Of a stretch of 64,000 nucleotides of DNA, positions 10,421 through 20,607 are shown one piece after another (within the stretch, counting starts at the first letter, position 1; the number at the start of each line of letters is the position of its first letter). The stretch covers positions 66,844 through 130,843 of the forward strand of contig VMGB01000002.1 in assembly GCA_007376295.1 (NCBI GenBank), written 5' to 3'. The translations under genes were made by a program, and so were the position numbers. Source of the stretch: Parcubacteria group bacterium Gr01-1014_13 (GTDB lineage Bacteria; Patescibacteriota; Patescibacteriia; Magasanikbacterales; GWA2-37-8). Under the pieces are notes generated by a model. The model made no database searches. It was not told where the DNA came from and worked only from the letters and a program-made list of their open reading frames with translations.

Positions 10421-10462
10421 GGCTCAAAGCGTGTTTAATACCGTTTTGAGCCTTTATATTTT
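10421..10462 (+). terminator. Rho-independent terminator after the small-paralog array
   Basis: GGCTCAAAGCG...CGTTTTGAGCC inverted repeat followed by TTTATATTTT. Confidence 0.55.
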
Positions 10463-10580
10463 AGTTTTAGTGTACAACCTGTGGATAAAATTTTGGAGAA
10501 ATTATTTTTTCACCTAATTTTCTTTAAAATTAGCCAAAAAGGCTCTTTCCCTTGACAAACCAAAAATTTCTGTTTTTTAC

Positions 10581-10609
10581 TTGACAATAGTATATATATG
10601 GAGTAATAT
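10581..10609 (+). promoter_or_regulatory. Sigma-70-type promoter upstream of rpoB (TTGACA-17-TAATAT)
   Basis: Consensus -35 TTGACA, exact 17-nt spacer, -10 TAATAT, about 290 nt upstream of the rpoB start. Confidence 0.5.
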
Positions 10610-10898
10610 GTAAATACTTTACACTTCTCTAAAGAGAGAGAACATAATTTTGCCTAAGATTAGCAGAAATTTTGAAGCCTTAAATTAAAAAGGTTGCAAA
10701 ATCGTGCAAGGATTAAATTAAGCCCAGCCATTCGGTACGCCGGTGGGAGGGGCTCTAATAAATATCATGTTGGCCTTGCGATTACTAGCGAAATTTTAAA
10801 GAAGAATACTCCTACGCCCTGAAAGCGTGAGTTTTTTTGTTTTCTACCAATAAATTTTTAATTAATTTTAATAAAAATCATTTTTTAAACAGAAAGTT

Positions 10899-13800
10899 AT
10901 GCCAATTTTTAAACGCCAAGCCCTGAAGACATTGGAAAGAAAATTTTTTACCAATGTTCGCGATGCCATGCCAGTACCCGATCTTATCGAGGTACAAAAA
11001 AGTTCTTACGACTGGTTTTTGAAATTCGGAGTCAAAGAATTATTTGACGAAGTTTCTCCAATGACCGATTTTACCGGACGCGACTTGGAACTTTACATGG
11101 ATGACTATTATTTGGACGAACCAAAGTTTGACGAAGTAGTTTGTCGCGAAAGAAATTTAACTTTTGAAGCTCCTCTCCGCGTTACTGCTCGATTACTCAA
11201 CAAACGCACTAGCCAATCTAAATCTCAAGAAATTTATTTAGGCGATATTCCGCTAATGACTCAGCGCGGTACTTTTATTATCAACGGAATTGAACGTGTA
11301 GTTGTTTCTCAGCTTATCCGCAGCGCTGGCGCCTTCTTCACTGCTGAAAATATTCGCGGCCGCAGATATTATGGAGCTAAAATTATTCCAAATCGTGGTG
11401 CTTGGATAGAAATTGAAACTGACATGAATAATGTCGTTTGGATTAAGGTAGATCGCAAAAGAAAAGTGGCCGCCACTTCACTTCTGCGCGCTTTTGGTTA
11501 TGAAACCGATGAAAAATTAATTGAACTTTTTAAAGATGTAAATACTCACCCAAGCATCGATTATATCGATGCCACTATCAAAAAAGATTTGGCAAAAAAT
11601 CCTGACGAAGGTTTGATTGAAGTTTACAAGAGAATTCGTCCAGGTGATTTAGCTACTGCTGACAATGCCAAGAGTTTGATTTACGCCATGTTCTTCAACT
11701 TCGAACGTTATGATTTAGGACGCGTCGGTGTTTACAAATTCAATACTAAATTTGATTTGGGATATAACAGTGACGATTACGACAAAAAAGAAAACAGAGT
11801 TTTATCTCCAGAAAAATTATTGGCGGTAATTCAAGAAGTTGTCCGGTTAAACGTCACTCAAGACGAACCAGATGATATCGATCACTTGGGCAACAGACGT
11901 ATTCGCGCTGTTGGTGAATTAGCCCAAAATCGTTTCCGCGTTGGTTTGGCCCGCATGGAACGTATTGTTAAAGACCGCATGAGTACTCAAGAACTGGAAG
12001 CGTTGTCTCCAAACAAATTAATCAATGCTAGACCAGTGATTTCTGCCATCCGTGAATTCTTCATGAGTTCGCAGTTGTCTCAATTCATGGATCAAACCAA
12101 TCCGCTTTCCGAATTAGAACATAAACGCCGCGTGAGCGCTTTGGGTCCAGGAGGTTTATCTCGTGATCGCGCTGGCTTCGAAGTTCGCGACGTACACACT
12201 ACTCACTATGGCCGTATCTGTCCGATTGCTACTCCAGAAGGACCAAACATCGGTTTGGTAAACCACCTTTCCAGTTTTGCCCGCGTAAATGAATTTGGTT
12301 TTATTGAAACTCCATACAGAAAAGTTTTGAAAGAAGTTTCTAATGATCCTAAATTTACTGAAGGTGAAATTTTGTCTGAAGAAGTTGGCGGAGTAAAGGA
12401 AGGTACAAAAATTACCAAAGATATTGCTGCTAAGTTGGCTAAGGCTAAAAACAAAACTATTCCGGTACGTTCTCGCGTTACCAATGAAATTGTTTATTTA
12501 AACGCTTTTAAAGAAGAAAAAGTAAACACTGCCGCCGCTACTACCAGAGTAGATGCCGATGGGTATTTCTTGGACGAAACAGTGCCTACTCGTATTCATG
12601 GTAATCCAGGTGTAGGCAGAACTAGCGAACTCGATTATATAGATGTCGCTTCCAATCAAATTATTTCTATCGCTACTTCCTGTATTCCTTTCTTGGAACA
12701 CGACGACGCCACCCGCGCGCTCATGGGTACGAACATGCAAAGACAGGCTGTGCCTTGTATTCGACCACAGCCGCCGCTAGTTGGTACTGGTATGGAAGAA
12801 AAAGCCGCTTACTATTCCGGCTATGTTATTCTTTCCGAAACAGATGGTGAAGTTACTGAAGTAGATGGTAATCATATTGTGGTAACCGATAAAAAAGGTG
12901 CTAAGCACACTTATCATTTAGCTAAATTTGTTCGCTCCAATCATTCTACTTGTGTTAACCAAACTCCAACCGTAAATTTGGGAGACAAAGTGAAAAAGGG
13001 TCAAGGTTTGACTGATGGTCCTGGTATAAAAAATGGTGAATTATCTTTGGGTCAAAACATGTTGGTAGCCTATATGGTTTGGGATGGCTATAACTATGAA
13101 GACGCGATTATCGTTTCTGAACGCGTAGTGCAAAGAGATAATTTCACTTCTATCCATATTGAAGATTATCCAATTGATGTTCGCGAAACAAAACTTGGTC
13201 CGGAAATTATTACTTCTGACATTCCAAACGTTAGTGAAGAAAAATTAAAGAATTTGGACAGCGAAGGTATTGTCCGTATCGGCGCCGAAGCAAAATCCGG
13301 CGATATTTTAGTAGGTAAAATTACTCCAAAAGGTGAAACTGAATTAAGTGCTGAAGAAAGATTGCTTAGAGCTATCTTTGGTGAAAAAGCCCGTGATGTT
13401 CGCGACTCCTCTCTGTATTTAGAACACGGCGAACACGGCCGCGTTACTGGAATCAAAGTTTTCTCTGCTGAAAACGGCGACAAATTACAACCTGGTGTTA
13501 TTAAACAAGTACAGGTTCGTGTGGCTGACATGAGAAAAGTTCAAGTTGGTGACAAGATGGCTGGTCGTCATGGTAACAAAGGTGTTATCTCCAAAGTTGT
13601 TCCAGCTGAAGACATGCCTTTCTTAGAAGATGGTACTCCGGTAGATATTATTCTTTCTCCGCTCGGTGTTATTTCCCGTATGAACTTGGGTCAGATTTTG
13701 GAAACCCACTTAGGGTTGGCAGTAAATGCTTTGGGTTACAAAGTAGCTACTCCAGTTCTAAATGGTATTAACGAAGCGCAAATCAAACAAGAATTAGAAA

Positions 13801-14336
13801 AAGCCGGCTTGCCAACCAGCGGTCAAGTTACCTTATATGATGGCCGTACCGGTGAACCGTATGATCACAAAGTGACTGTGGGTTACAACTACATGTTGAA
13901 ATTGAACCACATGGTTGAAGACAAGATTCACCAGAGATCTATTGGTCCATACAGCTTGATTACCCAACAGCCTTTGGGTGGTAAGGCTCAATTCGGTGGT
14001 CAGAGATTCGGTGAAATGGAAGTCTGGGCCCTGGAAGCTTACGGCGCTGCTCATACTTTGCAAGAAATTTTAACAATTAAATCCGACGATGTTACTGGCC
14101 GCTCCAAAGCCTATGAAGCTATCATTAAGGGTGAGCCTATTACTCGTGTGAACTTGCCAGAATCATTCAATGTTTTGGTCCGAGAACTTAAAGGTCTCTG
14201 TTTAGATGTGGAATTATTACAAAGGTCAGAATCAGGAGAATACACCCCGGTCGAAGAGGTGAAGCAACAGAAAGAAAGAGAAGCTAGAGAAGCGGGTGTA
14301 GAGAATGCTCCGGCTGCAGCGAGAAAAAGCGAATAA
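10899..14336 (+). CDS. rpoB: DNA-directed RNA polymerase subunit beta
   Basis: 1145 aa with conserved RpoB blocks throughout (e.g. rifampicin cluster region [25 protein letters not shown]; [13 protein letters not shown]). Confidence 0.98.
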   Translation: MPIFKRQALKTLERKFFTNVRDAMPVPDLIEVQKSSYDWFLKFGVKELFDEVSPMTDFTGRDLELYMDDYYLDEPKFDEVVCRERNLTFEAPLRVTARLLNKRTSQSKSQEIYLGDIPLMTQRGTFIINGIERVVVSQLIRSAGAFFTAENIRGRRYYGAKIIPNRGAWIEIETDMNNVVWIKVDRKRKVAATSLLRAFGYETDEKLIELFKDVNTHPSIDYIDATIKKDLAKNPDEGLIEVYKRIRPGDLATADNAKSLIYAMFFNFERYDLGRVGVYKFNTKFDLGYNSDDYDKKENRVLSPEKLLAVIQEVVRLNVTQDEPDDIDHLGNRRIRAVGELAQNRFRVGLARMERIVKDRMSTQELEALSPNKLINARPVISAIREFFMSSQLSQFMDQTNPLSELEHKRRVSALGPGGLSRDRAGFEVRDVHTTHYGRICPIATPEGPNIGLVNHLSSFARVNEFGFIETPYRKVLKEVSNDPKFTEGEILSEEVGGVKEGTKITKDIAAKLAKAKNKTIPVRSRVTNEIVYLNAFKEEKVNTAAATTRVDADGYFLDETVPTRIHGNPGVGRTSELDYIDVASNQIISIATSCIPFLEHDDATRALMGTNMQRQAVPCIRPQPPLVGTGMEEKAAYYSGYVILSETDGEVTEVDGNHIVVTDKKGAKHTYHLAKFVRSNHSTCVNQTPTVNLGDKVKKGQGLTDGPGIKNGELSLGQNMLVAYMVWDGYNYEDAIIVSERVVQRDNFTSIHIEDYPIDVRETKLGPEIITSDIPNVSEEKLKNLDSEGIVRIGAEAKSGDILVGKITPKGETELSAEERLLRAIFGEKARDVRDSSLYLEHGEHGRVTGIKVFSAENGDKLQPGVIKQVQVRVADMRKVQVGDKMAGRHGNKGVISKVVPAEDMPFLEDGTPVDIILSPLGVISRMNLGQILETHLGLAVNALGYKVATPVLNGINEAQIKQELEKAGLPTSGQVTLYDGRTGEPYDHKVTVGYNYMLKLNHMVEDKIHQRSIGPYSLITQQPLGGKAQFGGQRFGEMEVWALEAYGAAHTLQEILTIKSDDVTGRSKAYEAIIKGEPITRVNLPESFNVLVRELKGLCLDVELLQRSESGEYTPVEEVKQQKEREAREAGVENAPAAARKSE

Positions 14337-14367
14337 TAATTTCCATAAACTTCTTATCTAAAATTAT

Positions 14368-17300
14368 ATGACCGATAATCTTTACCCAGCGGACTTCGAT
14401 GCCATTCGCCTCAAACTAGCTTCTCCGGAAGTTGTTAAAGGATGGTCTTATGGTGAAGTCCATAAACCAGAAACAATTAATTACCGCACCCAAAAACCGG
14501 AAAAAGGTGGTTTGTTTGCCGAAGAAATTTTTGGCCCAACAAAAGATTGGGAATGTTATTGTGGAAAATATAAAAAAATCCGCTACAAAGGAATCGTCTG
14601 TGATAAATGTTCCGTAGAAGTTACTCACTCTTCCGTTCGCCGCGAACGCATGGGCCACATTGAACTTTCTGCTCCAGTAGCCCATATTTGGTTCTTGCGC
14701 TCTGTGCCTTCTAAGATTGGTTTGGTGTTGGATCTATCCGCCCAAGCTTTAGAAAAAGTTGTTTACTTTGCTTCTTTTGTTATTACACACGTAAATGAAG
14801 AAGAAAAGAAAAAAACAAGCGACATGTTGCGCCAGGAATACAAGACTAAGAAAAAACAGATTGAAAAAGAAGCGAGTGATAAAGTAAAAAGCGCTAATGA
14901 TAAAAAATTGGGCGCTGAAATGTTGGAAAAAATCCAAGAAGATGCAGAAAGAAAATATAAATCCCTGGATGAAGATTTCCAACAGGCTGATAAAGAATTA
15001 AAAGAACTGCAAGTGATGAAGATTGTTTCTGAAAATAAATATCAGGAATTATCTTTGCGTTACGGTCATTTATTCGAAGCCGCTATTGGTGCCGATGGTA
15101 TCAGAAATCTTTTGGCCAGAATTAATTTGGATGAAACTATTAAAAAATTAGCCGAAGAACAACCAAAAGTTAAAGGTTCAAAATTAGAACGCATTATCCG
15201 CCGCAAAAAAGTTTTGAAGAGTTTTTTCTCAAACAAAATTCGTCCGGAATGGATGGTTCTTCAATCAATTCCAGTTATTCCTCCTGATTTACGCCCAATG
15301 GTAGCTTTGGATGGCGGACGTTTTGCTACTTCAGATTTAAATGATTTATACAGACGCGTTATTAACCGCAACAATCGTTTGCGCCGGCTTTTGGAATTAG
15401 ATGCTCCAGAAGTTATCTGCCGCAATGAAAAACGCATGTTGCAAGAAGCTGTTGATGCTTTAATTGACAACAACGCTCGTCATGCCAAGACTGTGACCGC
15501 TTCTACTGGTCAAAAGAGACAATTACGCTCTTTGGCTGATATTTTGAAAGGTAAACAGGGTCGTTTCCGTCAGAATTTGCTTGGTAAACGCGTGGACTAC
15601 TCAGGTCGTTCCGTAATTGTGGTTGGTCCAAACTTAAATATTGATGAATGTGGTCTGCCAAAGAGAATGGCTTTGGAATTATTCAAACCATTTATCATGA
15701 GTGAAGTTATCAAGCGTGAATTGGCTCACAATGTCCGCAGTGCTTCTAGATATATAGAAGCGGAACATGATGAAGTTTGGGATATTTTGGAAGAATTGAC
15801 CAAGAAAACCCGCGTATTACTTAACCGCGCTCCGACTTTGCACCGTTTAGGTATCCAAGCTTTTCACCCCCGCTTAATTGAAGGTAAAGCTATCCAGTTG
15901 CACCCACTCGTTTGTACCGCTTTCAACGCCGACTTCGACGGTGACCAGATGGCTGTTCACTTACCTCTTACTGCTGAAGCACGTTTTGAAGCTGACACCT
16001 TGATGGCCGCTGAAAAAAATATTTTAAAGCCTGCTACTGGCAGTCCGGTAATTACTCCTAAGCAAGATATTGCTTTGGGCTGTTACTACTTAACCAGATA
16101 CGAAACAGGTGATACTGCTGAAGTAAAGAAATATTTTAGTTCCGAGAAAGAAGCTATCCTGGCTTATCGTTCTCGTGTTATAACTTTGCAAGACAGAATT
16201 AAGGTTCGCTTCCAAGATATGAGCCGATTTGAAGAAGGCACAAAACCATTAATCGAAACTTCTGTAGGCAGAATATTCTTTAACAGAATTTTGCCGCCAC
16301 AACTTCCATATATTAATGAAACTATTACTGCCAAAAAATCAGGCCAGATTATCCGTATGTGTTTGGAGTTAACAAATGATGACCAGCAACAAGTTGCATT
16401 CTTTTTGGATGAATTAAAGAACTTGGGTTATCGTTATGTTACCAAATCTGGATATTCTCTGGGCATGGACGACTTCCCAACTATCGTAGAAAAGCCGGGA
16501 ATGTTAGCCGAGTCCGACAAAATGGTGGCACAAGTAGAAGAACAATACCAAGAAGGTTTGCTTACCAATTCCGAACGTCACGTTAAGATTTTGGAAATTT
16601 GGGCTGATACCAAAGAAAGAATCGTTGCCAATAACCAAAAAGCTTTGCGCAAAGACGGTCCGGTATTCGCGATGATTGATTCTGGTGCCCGCGGAAGCTG
16701 GGGCCAGTTGGGTCAGGTTATCGGTATGAAAGGTTTGGTGGCCTCACCATCTGGTGACACCATCGAATTGCCGGTAAAAGGCAACTTTAAAGAAGGTTTC
16801 GATGTACTTGAATTCTTTATCTCTTCTCACGGTACTAGAAAAGGTTTGACTGATACGGCTTTACGTACTGCTAACGCTGGTTACTTAACCCGCCGTTTAG
16901 TAGATGTAGCGCAAGATGTGATTGTATTTGAAGATGATTGTGGCGATACTTCAGGAGAAGTATTTACTGCCCACCAATCTCAAGAAATGGGTGAAAAACT
17001 ATCTGACCGTATTTGGAGCCGCTATTCTTTAGAGACTATAAAAGTTGGTAATAAAGTTATTATCAAAGAAGGAGAAATCATTGACGACAAGACTGCTCGC
17101 TACATTGATGAACACAAGATTGATTCAGTTAAAGTACGCAGTGTTCTGCAATGCAGAATGCAAAAAGGAATTTGCCGCAAATGTTATGGCTTTGATTTGT
17201 CCAAGAATAAACCAGTAGAATTTGGTGTAGCCGTAGGTATTATCTCTGCTCAATCCATCGGTGAGCCTGGTACTCAGCTAACCATGAGAACCTTCCATAC

Positions 17301-18246
17301 TGGTGGTGTGGCAGGTGGTGCCGATATTACCCAAGGTTTGCCTCGTGTAGATGAATTGTTTGAAGCTCGTGCTCCAAAGAAACAAGCTATGTTGGCAGAA
17401 GTATCTGGTGAAATTGAAATTGAAAAAGCTGACGGTAAAATTATTACTTCTCCAAGCGGCAAGAAAATTTTTGAAGGCCGACGCGGACAAGAAATTATCC
17501 ATATTCATTTCTCCGGTATGGATGAAATGAAGATAAAGAGTAAGTCCGAAGACGAAGTGATGGTAAAAGACGGTGGAACTGTAAAACAAGACGAAGTAAT
17601 TTTGGTACGCGGATCATCTGGTGAAGAAGTAGTTGCCAAATATGCCGGCAATATCAAAATTGAAAAGAATACTATTACCCTCACTTACGAAGGCCCTCAT
17701 GTACGTGAGTACATTGTACCGTTAGGTTACAAAGTCTTGGTAAAGACAGGTGACAAGGTAGAAAAAGGTGATATTCTTACAGATGGCAGTATCAATCCGC
17801 ACCAATTGTTTGAACTAAAAGGCAAAGAAGCTGTACAGAGATATATTTTGCAAGAAGTACAGGGAATTTACTCTTCTCAAGGTCAGAAAGTGAACGACAA
17901 GCACGTAGAATTGGTAATTCGTCAGATGTTTAGTCGTGTTTACGTAGAAGACGCCGGCGACACCGATCTATTGCCAGGTGAAGTGGTAGAAAAATCACAA
18001 CTTGATTTTGCTAACCGCCAAGCAAAGAAAGATGGTGGCAAGAATGCTGTCGGCAGAGAATTGTTCTTGGGTATCAGTAAGATTGCGCTTTCCACCCAGA
18101 GCTTCTTATCGGCCGCATCGTTTCAAGAAACCGCCAGAGTGTTGATCAATACTGCCATCACCGGCAAGATCGACCACTTGGAAGGTTTGAAAGAAAATGT
18201 GATTATCGGACGTTTGATTCCGGCTGGAACTGGGTTTAAACAGTAA
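14368..18246 (+). CDS. rpoC: DNA-directed RNA polymerase subunit beta'
   Basis: 1292 aa; zinc-finger CYCGKYKK...CDKC, catalytic NADFDGD motif, trigger-loop and clamp regions. Confidence 0.98.
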   Translation: MTDNLYPADFDAIRLKLASPEVVKGWSYGEVHKPETINYRTQKPEKGGLFAEEIFGPTKDWECYCGKYKKIRYKGIVCDKCSVEVTHSSVRRERMGHIELSAPVAHIWFLRSVPSKIGLVLDLSAQALEKVVYFASFVITHVNEEEKKKTSDMLRQEYKTKKKQIEKEASDKVKSANDKKLGAEMLEKIQEDAERKYKSLDEDFQQADKELKELQVMKIVSENKYQELSLRYGHLFEAAIGADGIRNLLARINLDETIKKLAEEQPKVKGSKLERIIRRKKVLKSFFSNKIRPEWMVLQSIPVIPPDLRPMVALDGGRFATSDLNDLYRRVINRNNRLRRLLELDAPEVICRNEKRMLQEAVDALIDNNARHAKTVTASTGQKRQLRSLADILKGKQGRFRQNLLGKRVDYSGRSVIVVGPNLNIDECGLPKRMALELFKPFIMSEVIKRELAHNVRSASRYIEAEHDEVWDILEELTKKTRVLLNRAPTLHRLGIQAFHPRLIEGKAIQLHPLVCTAFNADFDGDQMAVHLPLTAEARFEADTLMAAEKNILKPATGSPVITPKQDIALGCYYLTRYETGDTAEVKKYFSSEKEAILAYRSRVITLQDRIKVRFQDMSRFEEGTKPLIETSVGRIFFNRILPPQLPYINETITAKKSGQIIRMCLELTNDDQQQVAFFLDELKNLGYRYVTKSGYSLGMDDFPTIVEKPGMLAESDKMVAQVEEQYQEGLLTNSERHVKILEIWADTKERIVANNQKALRKDGPVFAMIDSGARGSWGQLGQVIGMKGLVASPSGDTIELPVKGNFKEGFDVLEFFISSHGTRKGLTDTALRTANAGYLTRRLVDVAQDVIVFEDDCGDTSGEVFTAHQSQEMGEKLSDRIWSRYSLETIKVGNKVIIKEGEIIDDKTARYIDEHKIDSVKVRSVLQCRMQKGICRKCYGFDLSKNKPVEFGVAVGIISAQSIGEPGTQLTMRTFHTGGVAGGADITQGLPRVDELFEARAPKKQAMLAEVSGEIEIEKADGKIITSPSGKKIFEGRRGQEIIHIHFSGMDEMKIKSKSEDEVMVKDGGTVKQDEVILVRGSSGEEVVAKYAGNIKIEKNTITLTYEGPHVREYIVPLGYKVLVKTGDKVEKGDILTDGSINPHQLFELKGKEAVQRYILQEVQGIYSSQGQKVNDKHVELVIRQMFSRVYVEDAGDTDLLPGEVVEKSQLDFANRQAKKDGGKNAVGRELFLGISKIALSTQSFLSAASFQETARVLINTAITGKIDHLEGLKENVIIGRLIPAGTGFKQ

Positions 18247-18251
18247 AAAAC
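18211..18251 (+). repeat. Direct repeat copy 1 (native rpoC 3' end, CGTTTGATTCCGGCTGGAACTGGGTTTAAACAGTAAAAAAC)
   Basis: 39/41 identical to 19226-19266. Encodes RLIPAGTGFKQ* in the rpoC frame. Confidence 0.85.
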
Positions 18252-18267
18252 TATTAAAAAGAAACAA

Positions 18268-18297
18268 AAACACTCCAAATAGGGGTGTTTTTGTTTG
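18268..18297 (+). terminator. rpoC terminator (degenerate homolog of the 19277-19303 hairpin)
   Basis: AACACTCC-AAATA-GGGGTGTT followed by TTTGTTT. Confidence 0.6.
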
Positions 18298-18362
18298 GGT
18301 TGATTTTATTGTAAGTTTGGGATAAGATTTGTGTATGGTTAAATTTTAATTCTTCGTACAAT

Positions 18363-19232
18363 ATGACAATGGAACATGGTTATCCGGGCAGACAACCGGA
18401 AGAAGATAAAACCAGAGAACTATTTGATTCATTAGGTGAGGATTTTAAAGTATGTTGGGACGCCTTAAATATATCACCAGACAAGGAGCAAAAATTTTTT
18501 GAAATATTAAAAAGATTAGAGAATAAAAAACAGGCAGAAAAACCTGTTTATTTGGATTATATAAAAAGATTATTTAAGGAGGAATTTGAAGAGTTTAAGC
18601 CAGATATTAAGCAATCAAACTTAGACTCTACAAAACATCTAGCCGGTTTAGCTGCAAGTTTTATCGAAAGAGTAGAATTTTTTGATAAAATTATTTCTGT
18701 CCCCGACCGTATTACCAACGGAGGCAGATCTGTGGGTGAATTGGAAGTAGCTTTGCGTGAAGCGGATGTTCTTACGGACGGTGAGAGTGAGATTGATATG
18801 ATACGTAGTGAAGATTTTAAAAGTTCAATTTTAAAAAATTCAGAACAGGAAAGAATTAGCTTGGTCAGGGTAATGCCCTTCTACCTTTTTAATGATAGAG
18901 AATATCGTTCATTAGAAGAAGTTAACAAAAAAGCAAAAGAGTTTGGATTGGAGTTATGTCCGCCAGAAGTCGGGCCAATCTATCGTTTGGCGTATCGACG
19001 AGAAGGAGAGTTAAAAAAAGACCAGCAAAATGATGAGGGATTAACTATAGCCATGAAACCCATTGTCTCTTCAAATGGTTTTTTAAAAACTTTTTATTTA
19101 GGATTTAGTGATAACGGACCATTTATTTGTGATGATAATGTTGATAATATAAATCCTGTTGCTACCCTTGTCTTCCGTCTCCGTCCAGAAAAACCTACTT
19201 CAAAATCAGAAGCTACTGAGTCGGTCGTTTGA
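18363..19232 (+). CDS. Hypothetical protein (289 aa) carried on the insert at the rpoC 3' end
   Basis: Long ORF with no recognisable domain. Its last codons lie inside the second copy of the rpoC-end repeat. Confidence 0.5.
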   Translation: MTMEHGYPGRQPEEDKTRELFDSLGEDFKVCWDALNISPDKEQKFFEILKRLENKKQAEKPVYLDYIKRLFKEEFEEFKPDIKQSNLDSTKHLAGLAASFIERVEFFDKIISVPDRITNGGRSVGELEVALREADVLTDGESEIDMIRSEDFKSSILKNSEQERISLVRVMPFYLFNDREYRSLEEVNKKAKEFGLELCPPEVGPIYRLAYRREGELKKDQQNDEGLTIAMKPIVSSNGFLKTFYLGFSDNGPFICDDNVDNINPVATLVFRLRPEKPTSKSEATESVV

Positions 19233-19266
19233 TTCCAGCGGGAACTGGGTTTAAACAGTAAAAAAC
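19226..19266 (+). repeat. Direct repeat copy 2 (duplicate of rpoC 3' end)
   Basis: CGTTTGATTCCAGCGGGAACTGGGTTTAAACAGTAAAAAAC. Both mismatches to copy 1 are synonymous in the rpoC reading frame. Confidence 0.85.
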
Positions 19267-19276
19267 TTCAAACAAA

Positions 19277-19303
19277 AAGACACCCGAACGGGTGTCTTTT
19301 TGT
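19277..19303 (+). terminator. Rho-independent terminator after repeat copy 2
   Basis: AGACACCC-GAAC-GGGTGTCT followed by TTTTGT. Confidence 0.65.
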
Positions 19304-19354
19304 ATTGACAAAAATTATAATTTATTGTATGTTTTCTCCACAAGGAGATTAAGG

Positions 19355-19780
19355 ATGAGCAATCAGACGTTCCCTTCGACAGCTTTAGATAGCGAGCTAA
19401 TACCAAGTGGATGGAAGATAGTGGAGGATGTTGAACCTTCACAACTCGATGGCATGATGATTAAGACTGTATCCTTTCTTTTCGAGGGAGAAGAAAATAT
19501 CCCTGGCGAAGTGATGCTTGAACGCGCTGAGGAAATGAAAGCTAACCTCGGATTTGCAGATGCTAAGTATTTAGCGAACCATCAGGATAAAATTTCGATT
19601 GAATTTCGATACAATTGCCTCGTGTTTAGCGGTACAGTTTTTGAGGACTTGAGGGGTTGTTTACACCTAGCGTACTTAGCTTTTGGTGAGGGTAACCGTT
19701 GGCATTTGCTCTTCGTTCAGATTGACGGCGTCTATTGGACAGATGATTTTCGTCTTCTGTGTTGTAAAGATTTTTCTTAG
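19355..19780 (+). CDS. Hypothetical protein, family A paralog 1 (homolog of 41121-41564)
   Basis: ATG at 19355 lies 6 nt after the RBS AAGGAG. Shares ANLG..DAK.L..HQ.KI and LVF.GT/AYL blocks with the 41.1-kb gene. Confidence 0.55.
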   Translation: MSNQTFPSTALDSELIPSGWKIVEDVEPSQLDGMMIKTVSFLFEGEENIPGEVMLERAEEMKANLGFADAKYLANHQDKISIEFRYNCLVFSGTVFEDLRGCLHLAYLAFGEGNRWHLLFVQIDGVYWTDDFRLLCCKDFS

Positions 19781-19890
19781 ATCCTCGTTCGGAATTCGCT
19801 GTAAAAGTGAATGTTCGGCGAGGCTTTTTTATTTGATTTTAATGTAACTTTCGGTTAAAATTGGTGTATAAATATTAAGTACACTCCTTT

Positions 19891-20607
19891 ATGTCCGGTC
19901 ACTCGAAATGGCATAATATCCAAGGCAGAAAAGGCAAACAAGACGCTATTCGTAGCAGCCAATTCACTAAAATGGCTAAGCTTATTGCCGTCGCAGCCCG
20001 AAGTGGTGGCGATCCGACAATGAACTTTTCTTTGCGTCTTGCTATAGAAAAAGCCAAGGAAGTAGGCATGCCAAAAGACAATATTGAGCGCGCTATAAAA
20101 CGCGGTACCGGCGAGCTTGAAGGCGCCCAAATAGAAGAAGTAGTTTACGAAGGTTATGGCCCTGGTGGAGTAGCCGTACTTGTAAAATGTCTGACAGACA
20201 ACAAAAACCGAACAGTTTCCGATATCAAACACATTTTTTCTATACACGGCGGCTCTATGGCCGGCGCTGGTAGTGTAATGTGGATGTTTGCACAAATGGG
20301 AGTGATTGTCGTAGAAAAAGATAAAATCGAAACAAAGAGAGATGATTTTGATTTAAAAATGATTGAAGCTGGAGCTGAAGATATTAGCGAAGATGGCAAT
20401 TTGGAAATAAAAACAAAAATAGAAAATTTCCAAAAAGTTTTGTCGGCGGTAAAAGAAATGGGTATAGAGCCAACCGAATCCGGTTTGCAATGGGTTGCCA
20501 AAGATAAAGTGTCTGTAAGCGATGAGGTGGGCCAGCAATTAGGAAAATTATTTGAAGAGTTTGATGAGAACGATGATGTAGAAGATTATTTTACTAATGC
20601 CGAGTAA
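19891..20607 (+). CDS. yebC: YebC/PmpR family DNA-binding transcriptional regulator
   Basis: MSGHSKWHNIQ...RGTGELEG...YEGYGPGGVA, a near-canonical YebC sequence. Confidence 0.92.
   Translation: MSGHSKWHNIQGRKGKQDAIRSSQFTKMAKLIAVAARSGGDPTMNFSLRLAIEKAKEVGMPKDNIERAIKRGTGELEGAQIEEVVYEGYGPGGVAVLVKCLTDNKNRTVSDIKHIFSIHGGSMAGAGSVMWMFAQMGVIVVEKDKIETKRDDFDLKMIEAGAEDISEDGNLEIKTKIENFQKVLSAVKEMGIEPTESGLQWVAKDKVSVSDEVGQQLGKLFEEFDENDDVEDYFTNAE

Noticed and set aside
12206-14063. Minus-strand ORFs within rpoB and rpoC (e.g. 12206-12484, 13166-13531, 14416-14685)
   Set aside because: Embedded antisense to essential, highly conserved genes, with no RBS; spurious.
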